Shown here piece by piece: positions 9,950 through 17,981 of a stretch of DNA of 64,000 bases. Positions within the stretch are counted from its first letter, which is position 1, and each line of letters starts with the position of its first letter. The DNA comes from Nannocystis bainbridge (GTDB lineage Bacteria > Myxococcota_A > Polyangia > Nannocystales > Nannocystaceae). The notes under the pieces are model-generated. The model was not told where the DNA came from and made no database searches. It worked only from the letters and a program-made list of their open reading frames with translations. The position numbers were made by a program, and so were the translations under genes. Location: the NCBI RefSeq assembly GCF_028368995.1, contig NZ_JAQNDL010000001.1:1024001-1088000 (forward strand). Direction: 5' to 3'.

Positions 9950-10507
9950 TCACCCGCCCGCGTTCATGCAGAAGCACGCCTCGTGGCCCGGGCTCGCCAT
10001 CTCGATCTCGTAGCAGCTCTGCCACGCGTCGCTCTTGGGCGTCCCGCAGTCCCAGCGGGCGAACACGACCTCACCCGGCTCCGGCTCGCGCCAGAACCCG
10101 AAGCAACCGGCGCCGCCCTCCGCGAAGTTGGCCAGCACGCACGCCCCGCCGGCCGGTTCGAAGCTGCAGCCCTCGCCGCCCATGCCTGCCACGAAGCGCT
10201 GCACCGTCGCCCAGCGGCAGCGCAGCCCGAGCTCCTCGTCCATCTCGGTCGCCGCCATGCACTCCGCCTCCGACCCCGCGTCGGCGCACAGCGTCGGCGC
10301 ATCGCCCGTGCTCGTCGAATTGTCCGTCGTCGCCGCGTCGGTCGTCGGCGCCGCGGTCGTCGGCGTCTCGGTCGTCCCGATGCCCGTCGAGGGGTCCGCC
10401 GTCGTGCTCGAATCGGTGGTGTCGGTCGATTTCGAATCGCTCGGACCGCAGGCCGTGAGCGTGGCGACCAGAGTGAAGGCGAGGCGACGAAGGTAGAAAT
10501 CAAGCAT
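9950..10507 (-). CDS. Cys-rich lipoprotein with Thr/Ser tether
   Basis: LVATLTAC lipobox; Thr-rich linker; Cys-rich domain ending ACFCM; TAGGGT 6 nt upstream of the ATG. Confidence 0.8.
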   Translation of the reverse strand: MLDFYLRRLAFTLVATLTACGPSDSKSTDTTDSSTTADPSTGIGTTETPTTAAPTTDAATTDNSTSTGDAPTLCADAGSEAECMAATEMDEELGLRCRWATVQRFVAGMGGEGCSFEPAGGACVLANFAEGGAGCFGFWREPEPGEVVFARWDCGTPKSDAWQSCYEIEMASPGHEACFCMNAGG

Positions 10508-11091
10508 GCCGCGACCCTATGCAAACGCGGGCTCGCGCGCCAGCGCTCCCGGGCCGAGCGATACATGACTCCAAGGACATGTCTCGAGAGACATCCATTC
10601 CCTCGCCGCCGCGAGCGCCCGCTGTCGGGTCCCCCGCCGCCACGACATGTCCTTGAAGACAGACCGCATCCTGCTCGCGTGAGCCGCCGCGGGCGACCTC
10701 GACCTCGGGCCGCGCGTGGGATCGGTCCACCAATTGCCCGTCGCGGTGGTCCTCACGCGGACGCTCGCGCGGACGCCCGCGGCAGGGCTCGCCCGCGCGC
10801 CGGCAACCGCTGCGCCGCTCGCTGCCACGAACCGCGAGTCGCCCGCGCCGGAGCAGCCGAACACCGCCCAGGACCGGCCTCGTCGTGCCACGGGGCACAC
10901 GGCGCCCGCCCCGCCCGACCTGTCCTTTGAGACTGGTCTCGATGCCTGCCACTGAAGGCCCGAGCACGCCCTCAGTGGACGCCCCGGGGGCTGCTCCGCC
11001 GATCTCCGCGCGCGGACCCCCACATTTCGCGCGCGTGGGGCCGCCCGGCCGCGTTTGCAGCGGCAGCGACCGGTGCGAGAATCCCACGGGC

Positions 11092-12279
11092 GTGGAGGCG
11101 CTGCTCATCGTCGTCGCCGAGCTCATGGCAGTGCCGCTGCTGGTCGCGGCGGCCCTGTTGTTCGAGCTGGTCGGCGCGGCGCTCCTCGGCGCGGGCTCTC
11201 TGGTGCTGTGGCGCAGTCGCCAGCGGCCGACCCGCCTGCTGCGCTGGTGGCGACGCGCGGTGTGGACGTTGACCGGCGTCCTCGGCCTCGTGCTCACCAC
11301 CCTCGTGTTCGTCGACCTGGTCCTCTACGAGCCCGGCCTGCGCCTGCTGCTCGACCAGGTCGAGCGGACCAGCGGCGTCGACGTGTGCTTCGAGCGCGCG
11401 CGCGGCAATATCTTCACCGGCCACGTCCACCTCGAGGGCGTGACGATCCGCCACCGCAATGGCGCCGACCTCGCCCTCTCGATCGATCGCCTCGACATCG
11501 ACATCGCCATGCTGCGATTGCTCGAGCGCGAGGTCCCGATCACGTCGCTGCAATTGCACGGGGTGCGCGGTGCGATCGTCCGCAACCGGGCGCTCGGCGT
11601 CGGTCAGCCGGGCGGTCGCGGCTTCGTCATCGAGCAGTTGGTCGTCGACGCCCTCGCGGTCGAGTTCGAGGATCTGGCCGCCGCCCCGACCACGCGGGTG
11701 TTGCCGCTGGCGCTCGAGCACTTCGAGGTCGCGCCGCTGCGCAGCGAGTACGCGCTGGTCGATGTCCTGTGTCACGCGCGGGCCCGCGGCCGCGCCCGCG
11801 GCAACGCCTTTGTCGCCGAGCCGGGCAGCTGGACCGTGCGCGCCGTCCCGCTCGCGCCGCAGGGCTCGGCCGGGCTCGGCGCCGTCGGTCGATGGCTGCG
11901 CGACGGCAACCTCGACATCGGCGTCACCTGCGTCGACCCCGAGAGCGACCCATTGCGGCTGCGCGTCGACCTCGACCTGACCGGCTTCCGCGTCTCGCCG
12001 CCGGCCGGCGACCGCCGCTCGGCCATCCAGCGGATCGCCGCCGCGTTTTCGCACCTCGGCAGCCGGCTGCAGCTCCAGTTCGAACTCGAGCTCGAGCGCG
12101 GCCGCCTGCGCGGCGTAGCCTCGGCGGCGCAGGTCGGCCTGTGGGACCTCGGAGTCCATCAGTACAACCTCCAGCTCGGCCGCAAGCTCGGCCTCGACGC
12201 CGACGACATGCAGCTGCTCGGCCTCGGCTCCAGAGCCCTCGACGCCGCCCACCAGCGGCTGCACGCGCGCCAACGTTGA
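11092..12279 (+). CDS. Membrane-anchored AsmA-like protein
   Basis: N-terminal TM helices, then beta-rich GNIFTGHVHLEGVTI / IDRLDIDIAMLRLL typical of AsmA/TamB N-termini; GTG start inferred. Confidence 0.6.
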   Translation: MEALLIVVAELMAVPLLVAAALLFELVGAALLGAGSLVLWRSRQRPTRLLRWWRRAVWTLTGVLGLVLTTLVFVDLVLYEPGLRLLLDQVERTSGVDVCFERARGNIFTGHVHLEGVTIRHRNGADLALSIDRLDIDIAMLRLLEREVPITSLQLHGVRGAIVRNRALGVGQPGGRGFVIEQLVVDALAVEFEDLAAAPTTRVLPLALEHFEVAPLRSEYALVDVLCHARARGRARGNAFVAEPGSWTVRAVPLAPQGSAGLGAVGRWLRDGNLDIGVTCVDPESDPLRLRVDLDLTGFRVSPPAGDRRSAIQRIAAAFSHLGSRLQLQFELELERGRLRGVASAAQVGLWDLGVHQYNLQLGRKLGLDADDMQLLGLGSRALDAAHQRLHARQR

Positions 12280-12311
12280 CCTGTCCGAAAGGTCGGGCGT
12301 ACGCTCGGCCC

Positions 12312-13112
12312 ATGCTTGGCCTACGCTTCAGCCGACTGGTTCACGCCGCGATCGCCAGCGGCGCGCTCTATCTCGGCGCCTGCTCCGACACGCCCGGTGA
12401 CACCGAGACCGACACCGACACCGAGACCGACACCGGCGGGCACGACACCGACACCACTTCCGGGCCCGATCCGACCACCGATGCGCCGCCGCCTCCGCCG
12501 CCCCCGCCGGGCGACATCACCCCGCCGGCGCTCACGGCCGTCACGATCATCGACCCGGTCACCCTGCAGCTGAGCTTCACCGAGGCGATCGCGCCGGTCG
12601 ACACCGTCAACCCCAAGCGCTTCCGCCTCAGCCTCGCGCGCGGCTACTTCGGCACCTACGGCGGCCAGCCCGGCACCTACCTGCGCGAGCCGCACTACTA
12701 CAATCTCGTCGAGACTTGCCAGCCGCTGCCGCCTGGCTGCTACTACGAGCCGATCCCGTCCTACTGTTATTATTACAGCAACTGTTATTATCAGCCGTCC
12801 CCGGAGCTCGAGGTCGCCGACCTCTTCAATCATTACGCCGACCCGACGCAGGTGATCCTGTCGCTGACCTTCCCGATCCAGCGCTCGCTGTGCGACGTCA
12901 TCAACGCGCCGGATGATCCCCTCGTCGACTTCGTGCTGCACCTCCACTACGCCGCCGGCGGCCTGGCCCAGGTCACCGACCTCGCCGGCCTGCCGCTCGC
13001 GCCGCTGTCCGACGCGTGGATCAAGCAAGACGCCGTCTACTACAGCTACGTGAACGCGGCCCCGTTCAGCAACTTCAACCCGTTCCTGCCGATCCCCTGC
13101 GGCCTGTTCTGA
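12312..13112 (+). CDS. Lipoprotein with Ig-like domain and Tyr/Cys-rich insert (paralogue A)
   Basis: ALYLGAC lipobox; DTETDT tether; DITPPALTAV...LQLSFTEAI; TACGCT 6 nt upstream of the ATG. Confidence 0.85.
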   Translation: MLGLRFSRLVHAAIASGALYLGACSDTPGDTETDTDTETDTGGHDTDTTSGPDPTTDAPPPPPPPPGDITPPALTAVTIIDPVTLQLSFTEAIAPVDTVNPKRFRLSLARGYFGTYGGQPGTYLREPHYYNLVETCQPLPPGCYYEPIPSYCYYYSNCYYQPSPELEVADLFNHYADPTQVILSLTFPIQRSLCDVINAPDDPLVDFVLHLHYAAGGLAQVTDLAGLPLAPLSDAWIKQDAVYYSYVNAAPFSNFNPFLPIPCGLF

Positions 13113-13531
13113 TGCACCCCGCGCTGCACCCCGGCTCGCCGCCGCCGACCGACGACGAAGACGTCGAGATCGTCCTGCGGGCCGTGCCCGAGCTGGCCTT
13201 TTTGCCCGAGCTGGCCGACTGCGTGCCGGCGGCGACGATCGTCGGCGCGTGGCCCCCGAGCCGCGAGGCCTTCGCCGCCGCCGACCTCGATCACCTGCGG
13301 GCCCGGGTGCTTCGCGGCCTCGAGGCCCTGGGTGAGAGGGCGGAGCGCGAGCGCAGCGGCGGCCTCGGATTCCTGGTCCGCACCCTCACCTATTTTTTGG
13401 TGGGTTCCGCCGCCTTGCCTGCGGTCGAACACCCCCTATTGGTCGCGCTATTGCTGCGGGCCGCCGCCCGCGACCACGACGGCGCCGACACGGCGCTTGA
13501 GATCGCCCGGGCCATGGATCGATGGGGATGA
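13112..13531 (+). CDS. Hypothetical protein
   Basis: ATG overlaps the upstream stop (TGATG); protein-like helical composition. Confidence 0.6.
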   Translation: MHPALHPGSPPPTDDEDVEIVLRAVPELAFLPELADCVPAATIVGAWPPSREAFAAADLDHLRARVLRGLEALGERAERERSGGLGFLVRTLTYFLVGSAALPAVEHPLLVALLLRAAARDHDGADTALEIARAMDRWG

Positions 13532-13610
13532 CCCAAAGGACAGGTCTGATCCGCGGCCGTCCACAGCCGCCGACCTCGGCGTATCGGGACGGCGCGCGTA
13601 CCCTCGGCCC

Positions 13611-14471
13611 ATGCTTGGACTACGCTTCAGCCGGCTCGTGCACGCCGCCATCGCCAGCGGCGCGCTGATCCTCGCCGCCTGCCCGCAAGGCGGCAAGGGC
13701 GACACCGACACCGATACTGACACCGGGACCGCGAGCGACGGCTCGACCACCGACGATCCGACCGGCCCGCCGATCGATCCCACGCCGCTGCCGCCGGACC
13801 CGACCAACCCGCTGCCGCCGCCCGATCCGCCGCCCGCCGACGTACCGCCCGCGCTGCTCGCCGTCAAGCTGCTCGACCCCTCGACCCTGCAGCTCAGCTT
13901 CACCGAGCCGCTCGCGCCGGTCGGCACCGTCAACCCCAAGCGCTTCCGCCTCAGCGTGGCCCAGGGATATTTCGGCAGCTACGGCGGCCAGCCGAACACT
14001 ACCCTCGTCGACCCGCGCTACTACAACCTCGAGGCCTACTGCCCGCCAGAGCCGCCGCCCTGCTACTACGAACCCCCTTATTATTGCTACTACACGCCCG
14101 GTTGTTATTATCAGAGCACCGGCGCGGTCGAGGCCATCGGCGTGGCCCCGCTGGACGGCGACCCGAGCTCGCTCCTCATCGCGCTCGGCACCCCGATCCA
14201 GCCGTCGCTGTGCTCGACCCTCGACGTGTTCAAGGACGACCCCAACTTCAAGATGGTGCTGCACCTCCACTACGCCGCCGGCGGCCTGTCGCAGCTGCAG
14301 GACCTCGGCGGCCAGGCCGTGCCTTCTCTCGGCGACGCGTGGGTCAAGTACGACGGCGGCTTCTACAGCTACGCGGGCGTGGTGTTCTCGACCCTCGACC
14401 CGTTCTTGCCGATCCCCTGCGAGCTGTCCGACGTCCCCCAGCCTCCCGACATCCCCGAGTCGAACGACTGA
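13611..14471 (+). CDS. Lipoprotein with Ig-like domain and Tyr/Cys-rich insert (paralogue B)
   Basis: Same N-terminus as 12312 (MLGLRFSRLVHAAIASGAL); shares VNPKRFRLS, LHLHYAAGGL and PFLPIPC. Confidence 0.85.
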   Translation: MLGLRFSRLVHAAIASGALILAACPQGGKGDTDTDTDTGTASDGSTTDDPTGPPIDPTPLPPDPTNPLPPPDPPPADVPPALLAVKLLDPSTLQLSFTEPLAPVGTVNPKRFRLSVAQGYFGSYGGQPNTTLVDPRYYNLEAYCPPEPPPCYYEPPYYCYYTPGCYYQSTGAVEAIGVAPLDGDPSSLLIALGTPIQPSLCSTLDVFKDDPNFKMVLHLHYAAGGLSQLQDLGGQAVPSLGDAWVKYDGGFYSYAGVVFSTLDPFLPIPCELSDVPQPPDIPESND

Positions 14472-14624
14472 CAGCGAGCGTCATGGGACTCGATGCGAGG
14501 CGAGGACCGCGTCGCCGGCAGGGCGAGCTGCCCGACGTCCCCCAGCCTCCCGACATCCCCGAGTCGAACGACTGACAACGAACTTCGTGGGACTCGATGC
14601 GAGACGAGGACCGTCGCCGGCAGG
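14419..14624 (+). repeat. ~104-bp imperfect tandem duplication spanning the 3' end of the 13611 gene
   Basis: GCGAGCTG(T/C)CCGACGTCCCCCAGCCTCCCGACATCCCCGAGTCGAACGACTGACA...GGGACTCGATGCGAG...GTCGCCGGCAGG at 14419 and 14523. Confidence 0.9.
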
Positions 14625-14739
14625 CGGATCGGGCCGTCGCCCCTCGCTCCGAGGCGCGCCGCACCGCGCCCGTGACCGCGCGCTGCGGGGCCGCGGGCCA
14701 CGATTGACGGGCCCGCACGCGCGTGGTCGACTGGCGGCG

Positions 14740-15786
14740 ATGCGTCGCACGTGGACGGGGTTGGGGCTCGGCGTGGCGCTGTTCGTCGCGCCGTGGGGCT
14801 ATGCGCGGGCGTGCTCGTGCGGGCGCGACATCGTCGGCGCCGGGCGCCTCTACCTCGGGGCCGGCGACGTGCTCCCGCCCGACGCGACCGGGTTCCCGTG
14901 GTTCGGCCCGGAGTCGCTCGTCGGCGCGCCCGAGCGCGTGAAGCTGGTGCGCATCGACGGCAAGCGACGGGTGCCGGTGAAGTTCACGATCGTCAAACAG
15001 AGCGAGATCGAATTCATCGTCCCGGCGCAGCGGCTCGAACCGGGCCAGATCTTCGAGGTCACGGTGCGCGAGAGCGACAGGGCCACCGACTCGCGGCAGT
15101 ACTGGCGCGACAAGAGCGAGCTGCCGCCGATCGACTTCACGACCCGCGTGACGATCGGCGCCGAGCCGCTGCGGCTCACCGGGGTCAGCCTGCGCGTCGG
15201 TGAGCCGACGAACGGGACCGCGAAGGTCGCCGCCTCCGGCTCGTGCTGGGAGGAGTTCGCCGCGGTCGAGAAGCCGCTCCGCGTCGAGCTGCCGCCGGAG
15301 CTCGAGCCGATGCGCGACTACCTGCTCTACACCACCAGCGTCGACGGCCTCACGTGGGACCACGCGCCCAGCCTGTGCGCCTCGATCGATCCGGGGCGCA
15401 CCTGGGCTGGCGAGGCCGGCACCGACAAGCTGTTCGCCGTCTGCGGCCCGCGCGACAAGCACGCGGTCGACGACACCAAGTTGCTCGGCAGACAGCGCCA
15501 GTTCCCGCAGCCGGGCCCGCACCGCGTCGAGGTCCGGGTGGCCACGCCCGACTACGCCCAGGTGCTCACGACGGCGGCGATCACGGTCGAATTCTCGTGC
15601 CCGGCGAAAGAGGCCGCGCCCGCCCAGCCGGCGGCGTCGACCCCCCCGCCGAGGCCGGCGAACGAGCCGGCCCAGCAGCCCGAGCCTCCCGCCCGCGAGG
15701 CGCGTGGCTGCGCGATCGGTGAGCCCGGGTTCGCGTGGGTCCTGGGCCTGCTGGGGCTCGGGCGTCGGCGTCGGCGTCGGCGCTGA
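14740..15786 (+). CDS. Secreted protein with MYXO-CTERM-like C-terminal anchor
   Basis: Signal peptide ending ARA-CSC; C-terminal RGCAIG-hydrophobic-RRRRRRR. Confidence 0.8.
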   Translation: MRRTWTGLGLGVALFVAPWGYARACSCGRDIVGAGRLYLGAGDVLPPDATGFPWFGPESLVGAPERVKLVRIDGKRRVPVKFTIVKQSEIEFIVPAQRLEPGQIFEVTVRESDRATDSRQYWRDKSELPPIDFTTRVTIGAEPLRLTGVSLRVGEPTNGTAKVAASGSCWEEFAAVEKPLRVELPPELEPMRDYLLYTTSVDGLTWDHAPSLCASIDPGRTWAGEAGTDKLFAVCGPRDKHAVDDTKLLGRQRQFPQPGPHRVEVRVATPDYAQVLTTAAITVEFSCPAKEAAPAQPAASTPPPRPANEPAQQPEPPAREARGCAIGEPGFAWVLGLLGLGRRRRRRR

Positions 15787-15801
15787 GTCAAGACCTGGCC
15801 A

Positions 15802-16320
15802 TCACGACATGTCCCTCTGGACATGTTCCTCGCTAGCCCCGCCGGCCTGCGCGTCGGCGAGGCCGAGGAATTCGCGCAGCGCCACGGCCCTGGAGATCAG
15901 GTCGTCGGTGGTCGAGGTCGAGGTCAGCGGGTGACGCTCCTCGCCCAGCACGATCACGATGCGCGCCGTGCCGTCGTCGGTCTCGACCGCGACATCGGTG
16001 ATCGCCGCGCGCCGCAGCGTCCGCCGCTCGGGCGCGCGGCGCAGCCGGTGATACGTCAACACCACCTCGTCGCCCACGAGCGCGACCTCGACTCGAAGCA
16101 CCCACGTGGCGAGCCCGAGCCCGCCGAACGCGGCGCAGAAACCGGCGGTGATCAGGGTGCCGAACAGGTTGCGTATGGACGGCTCGGCGAAGAACTTCCC
16201 CACCGACACGAAGATCAGCGGGACGAGCACCAGGCCCACGAGCATGAACACCACGCTCGTCGAGCCGCGCTGCGGGTGCAGGGTGAGCACGCGCGGGGAC
16301 GTGGTCGCCAGCTCCGTCAT
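15802..16320 (-). CDS. Small membrane protein (two TM helices plus soluble domain)
   Basis: Two hydrophobic helices, then ITDVAVETDDGTARIVIVL; the 3' end runs into palindrome units at 15796-15823. Confidence 0.7.
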   Translation of the reverse strand: MTELATTSPRVLTLHPQRGSTSVVFMLVGLVLVPLIFVSVGKFFAEPSIRNLFGTLITAGFCAAFGGLGLATWVLRVEVALVGDEVVLTYHRLRRAPERRTLRRAAITDVAVETDDGTARIVIVLGEERHPLTSTSTTDDLISRAVALREFLGLADAQAGGASEEHVQRDMS

Positions 16321-16514
16321 GGCCGCATGATGCCAGGCGTCGCGCCCCGGGCCGAGGATCGAACTCGCGCGAGCCTTCACGCGAGTTCGAGGGTTTCGCG
16401 ACCGTCGCCCGGCCTGCGGACGCGATGCCCCTCGCTGCCGGGCTGGTGTTATGCTGACGAGCCGAGCTCACCGTGATGGCGGCGCGTCAACACCTCTCGT
16501 ACGGTCCTCGTTCA

Positions 16515-17161
16515 ATGAAGACATCGTGGTTGTTCGTCCTCGTCGTCGGCGCGAGCTGCAGCAAGCCGCCGGGCGCCCCGCAGGAGACGACGGAAGACAC
16601 CGCGGCGACGGCGAGCGAGACGGGTGGCACGACCCAAGCGACCGCGTCGGACACGCTCGGCACGAGCACGAGCACGAGCACGACTTCATCCTCGACGGCC
16701 GGCCCCGAGCCCACCACGTCGAGCACGGGCGAGCCTCCTCGACCGCCCGAGGAGGTATGCGCACAAGCGAAGTCCCACGACGAGTGCGTCGCGCTGTGGC
16801 CCAGCGAAGAGCTGACGTGCATCTGGGGCGAGACGGTCGAGGTCGAGGTCGTCGACGGCGAATGCGTCCTCGGGACCGCCGAGACGCTCTGCGCCCCTGC
16901 GCCGGCGGGCGGCGGCCAGGGGTGCTTCGACCACGGCCCTTCGGAGTGCCTCGCGCCTGGCTTCGATCTCTATGTATATTTTAAAGAGACGCGCGGCGCG
17001 ACCTGGCTCTGGCATCAATTGCCGGGCGGCTGCGTCCCGCCGACGAATGCGGACTGGACCACATCGTGGACCGCTTGTCCTCCCGAGGAGTTCGAGGAAG
17101 TGCCGGACGTTGCTACTGCCTCTGCGGCGGTCTGCCCGACGACCCTGGCACCGGCCCCTGA
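16515..17161 (+). pseudogene. Cys-rich lipoprotein with a probable 1-bp frameshift near 17110 (the uncorrected ORF runs to 17387)
   Basis: LVVGASC lipobox; Cys pattern like 9950-10507; the -1 frame from 17111 reads CYCLCGGLPDDPGTGP*, matching the paralogue's ACFCM ending. Confidence 0.6.
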
Positions 17162-17501
17162 GCCGCGCGGCCGTACGAGCCTATCCGACGACGCAATAAC
17201 ATTCGGGGTCTCCCCCGGCGTTGCCGCAGACCTCGCGGTGCTGCATGTCGAGGCCCAGGGCGTCCAGCTTCGCGTGAACGGCGGCTGCGTCGACACGTGC
17301 GAGCCATGCGCCTGGTGGCGACCGCCCGCGGCAGGAGGTGTCGCCCGCGGAGGTCGCCCGCGGTTATGGTTCGGGGAGCGAGTATAAAACCTCGTCGCGC
17401 GGGCCGGCGAGAGGGCGCTGTGCCCCGCCTGGCCGAGAAATTCCGCGCCCCGGCAATTTTTCCGCCGGCTGCGGCGACTCCAGCTCCGGACGGTGACGCT
17501 C

Positions 17502-17963
17502 ATGCCCCAGACCTTCCTACCGCGGCGCTTCCGGTACGCCGCCGCGCTCGCCCTCTCCCTCGCCTGCGACAGCGGCTACAGCCTCCAGATCGTCATCGAG
17601 ATCCCCGACGACATCGTCGCCCGGTACGACGAGGAACAGCGCGGGGTCCTCTACGTCGAAGTTCGCCCGCAGGGCTTCGACCCGGTGTACCGCGCCGCCG
17701 CGGTGGTCTGCGGCGAGACGACGACCTACCGCCTCGACAACTACGGCGACGGTGAAGTCCCGAACACCGGGATTCTCGCCTGGATCGAGCCCGTGACCGG
17801 CGGCGGCGAGTGCGGCCCGAACGCGGACACCCAGTGGATGACCTCGGAGGGTAAGAAGGTCTACCCCGACGCCGAGGAGCCGCAGGCCGAGGCGATGATC
17901 CAGGAGACTTCCAGCTGCAATCACAGCGAGGACGTCGAGCTCGTGATCGACGACCTCGAGTGA
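17502..17963 (+). CDS. Lipoprotein, hypothetical
   Basis: AAALALSLAC lipobox; acidic beta-rich domain. Confidence 0.75.
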   Translation: MPQTFLPRRFRYAAALALSLACDSGYSLQIVIEIPDDIVARYDEEQRGVLYVEVRPQGFDPVYRAAAVVCGETTTYRLDNYGDGEVPNTGILAWIEPVTGGGECGPNADTQWMTSEGKKVYPDAEEPQAEAMIQETSSCNHSEDVELVIDDLE

Positions 17964-17981
17964 CGTCCTCGCTCGCCTCGC

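Noticed and set aside
12700-14120. Diversity-generating retroelement acting on the Tyr-rich inserts
   Set aside because: There is no reverse transcriptase gene and no template/variable repeat pair differing only at adenines.
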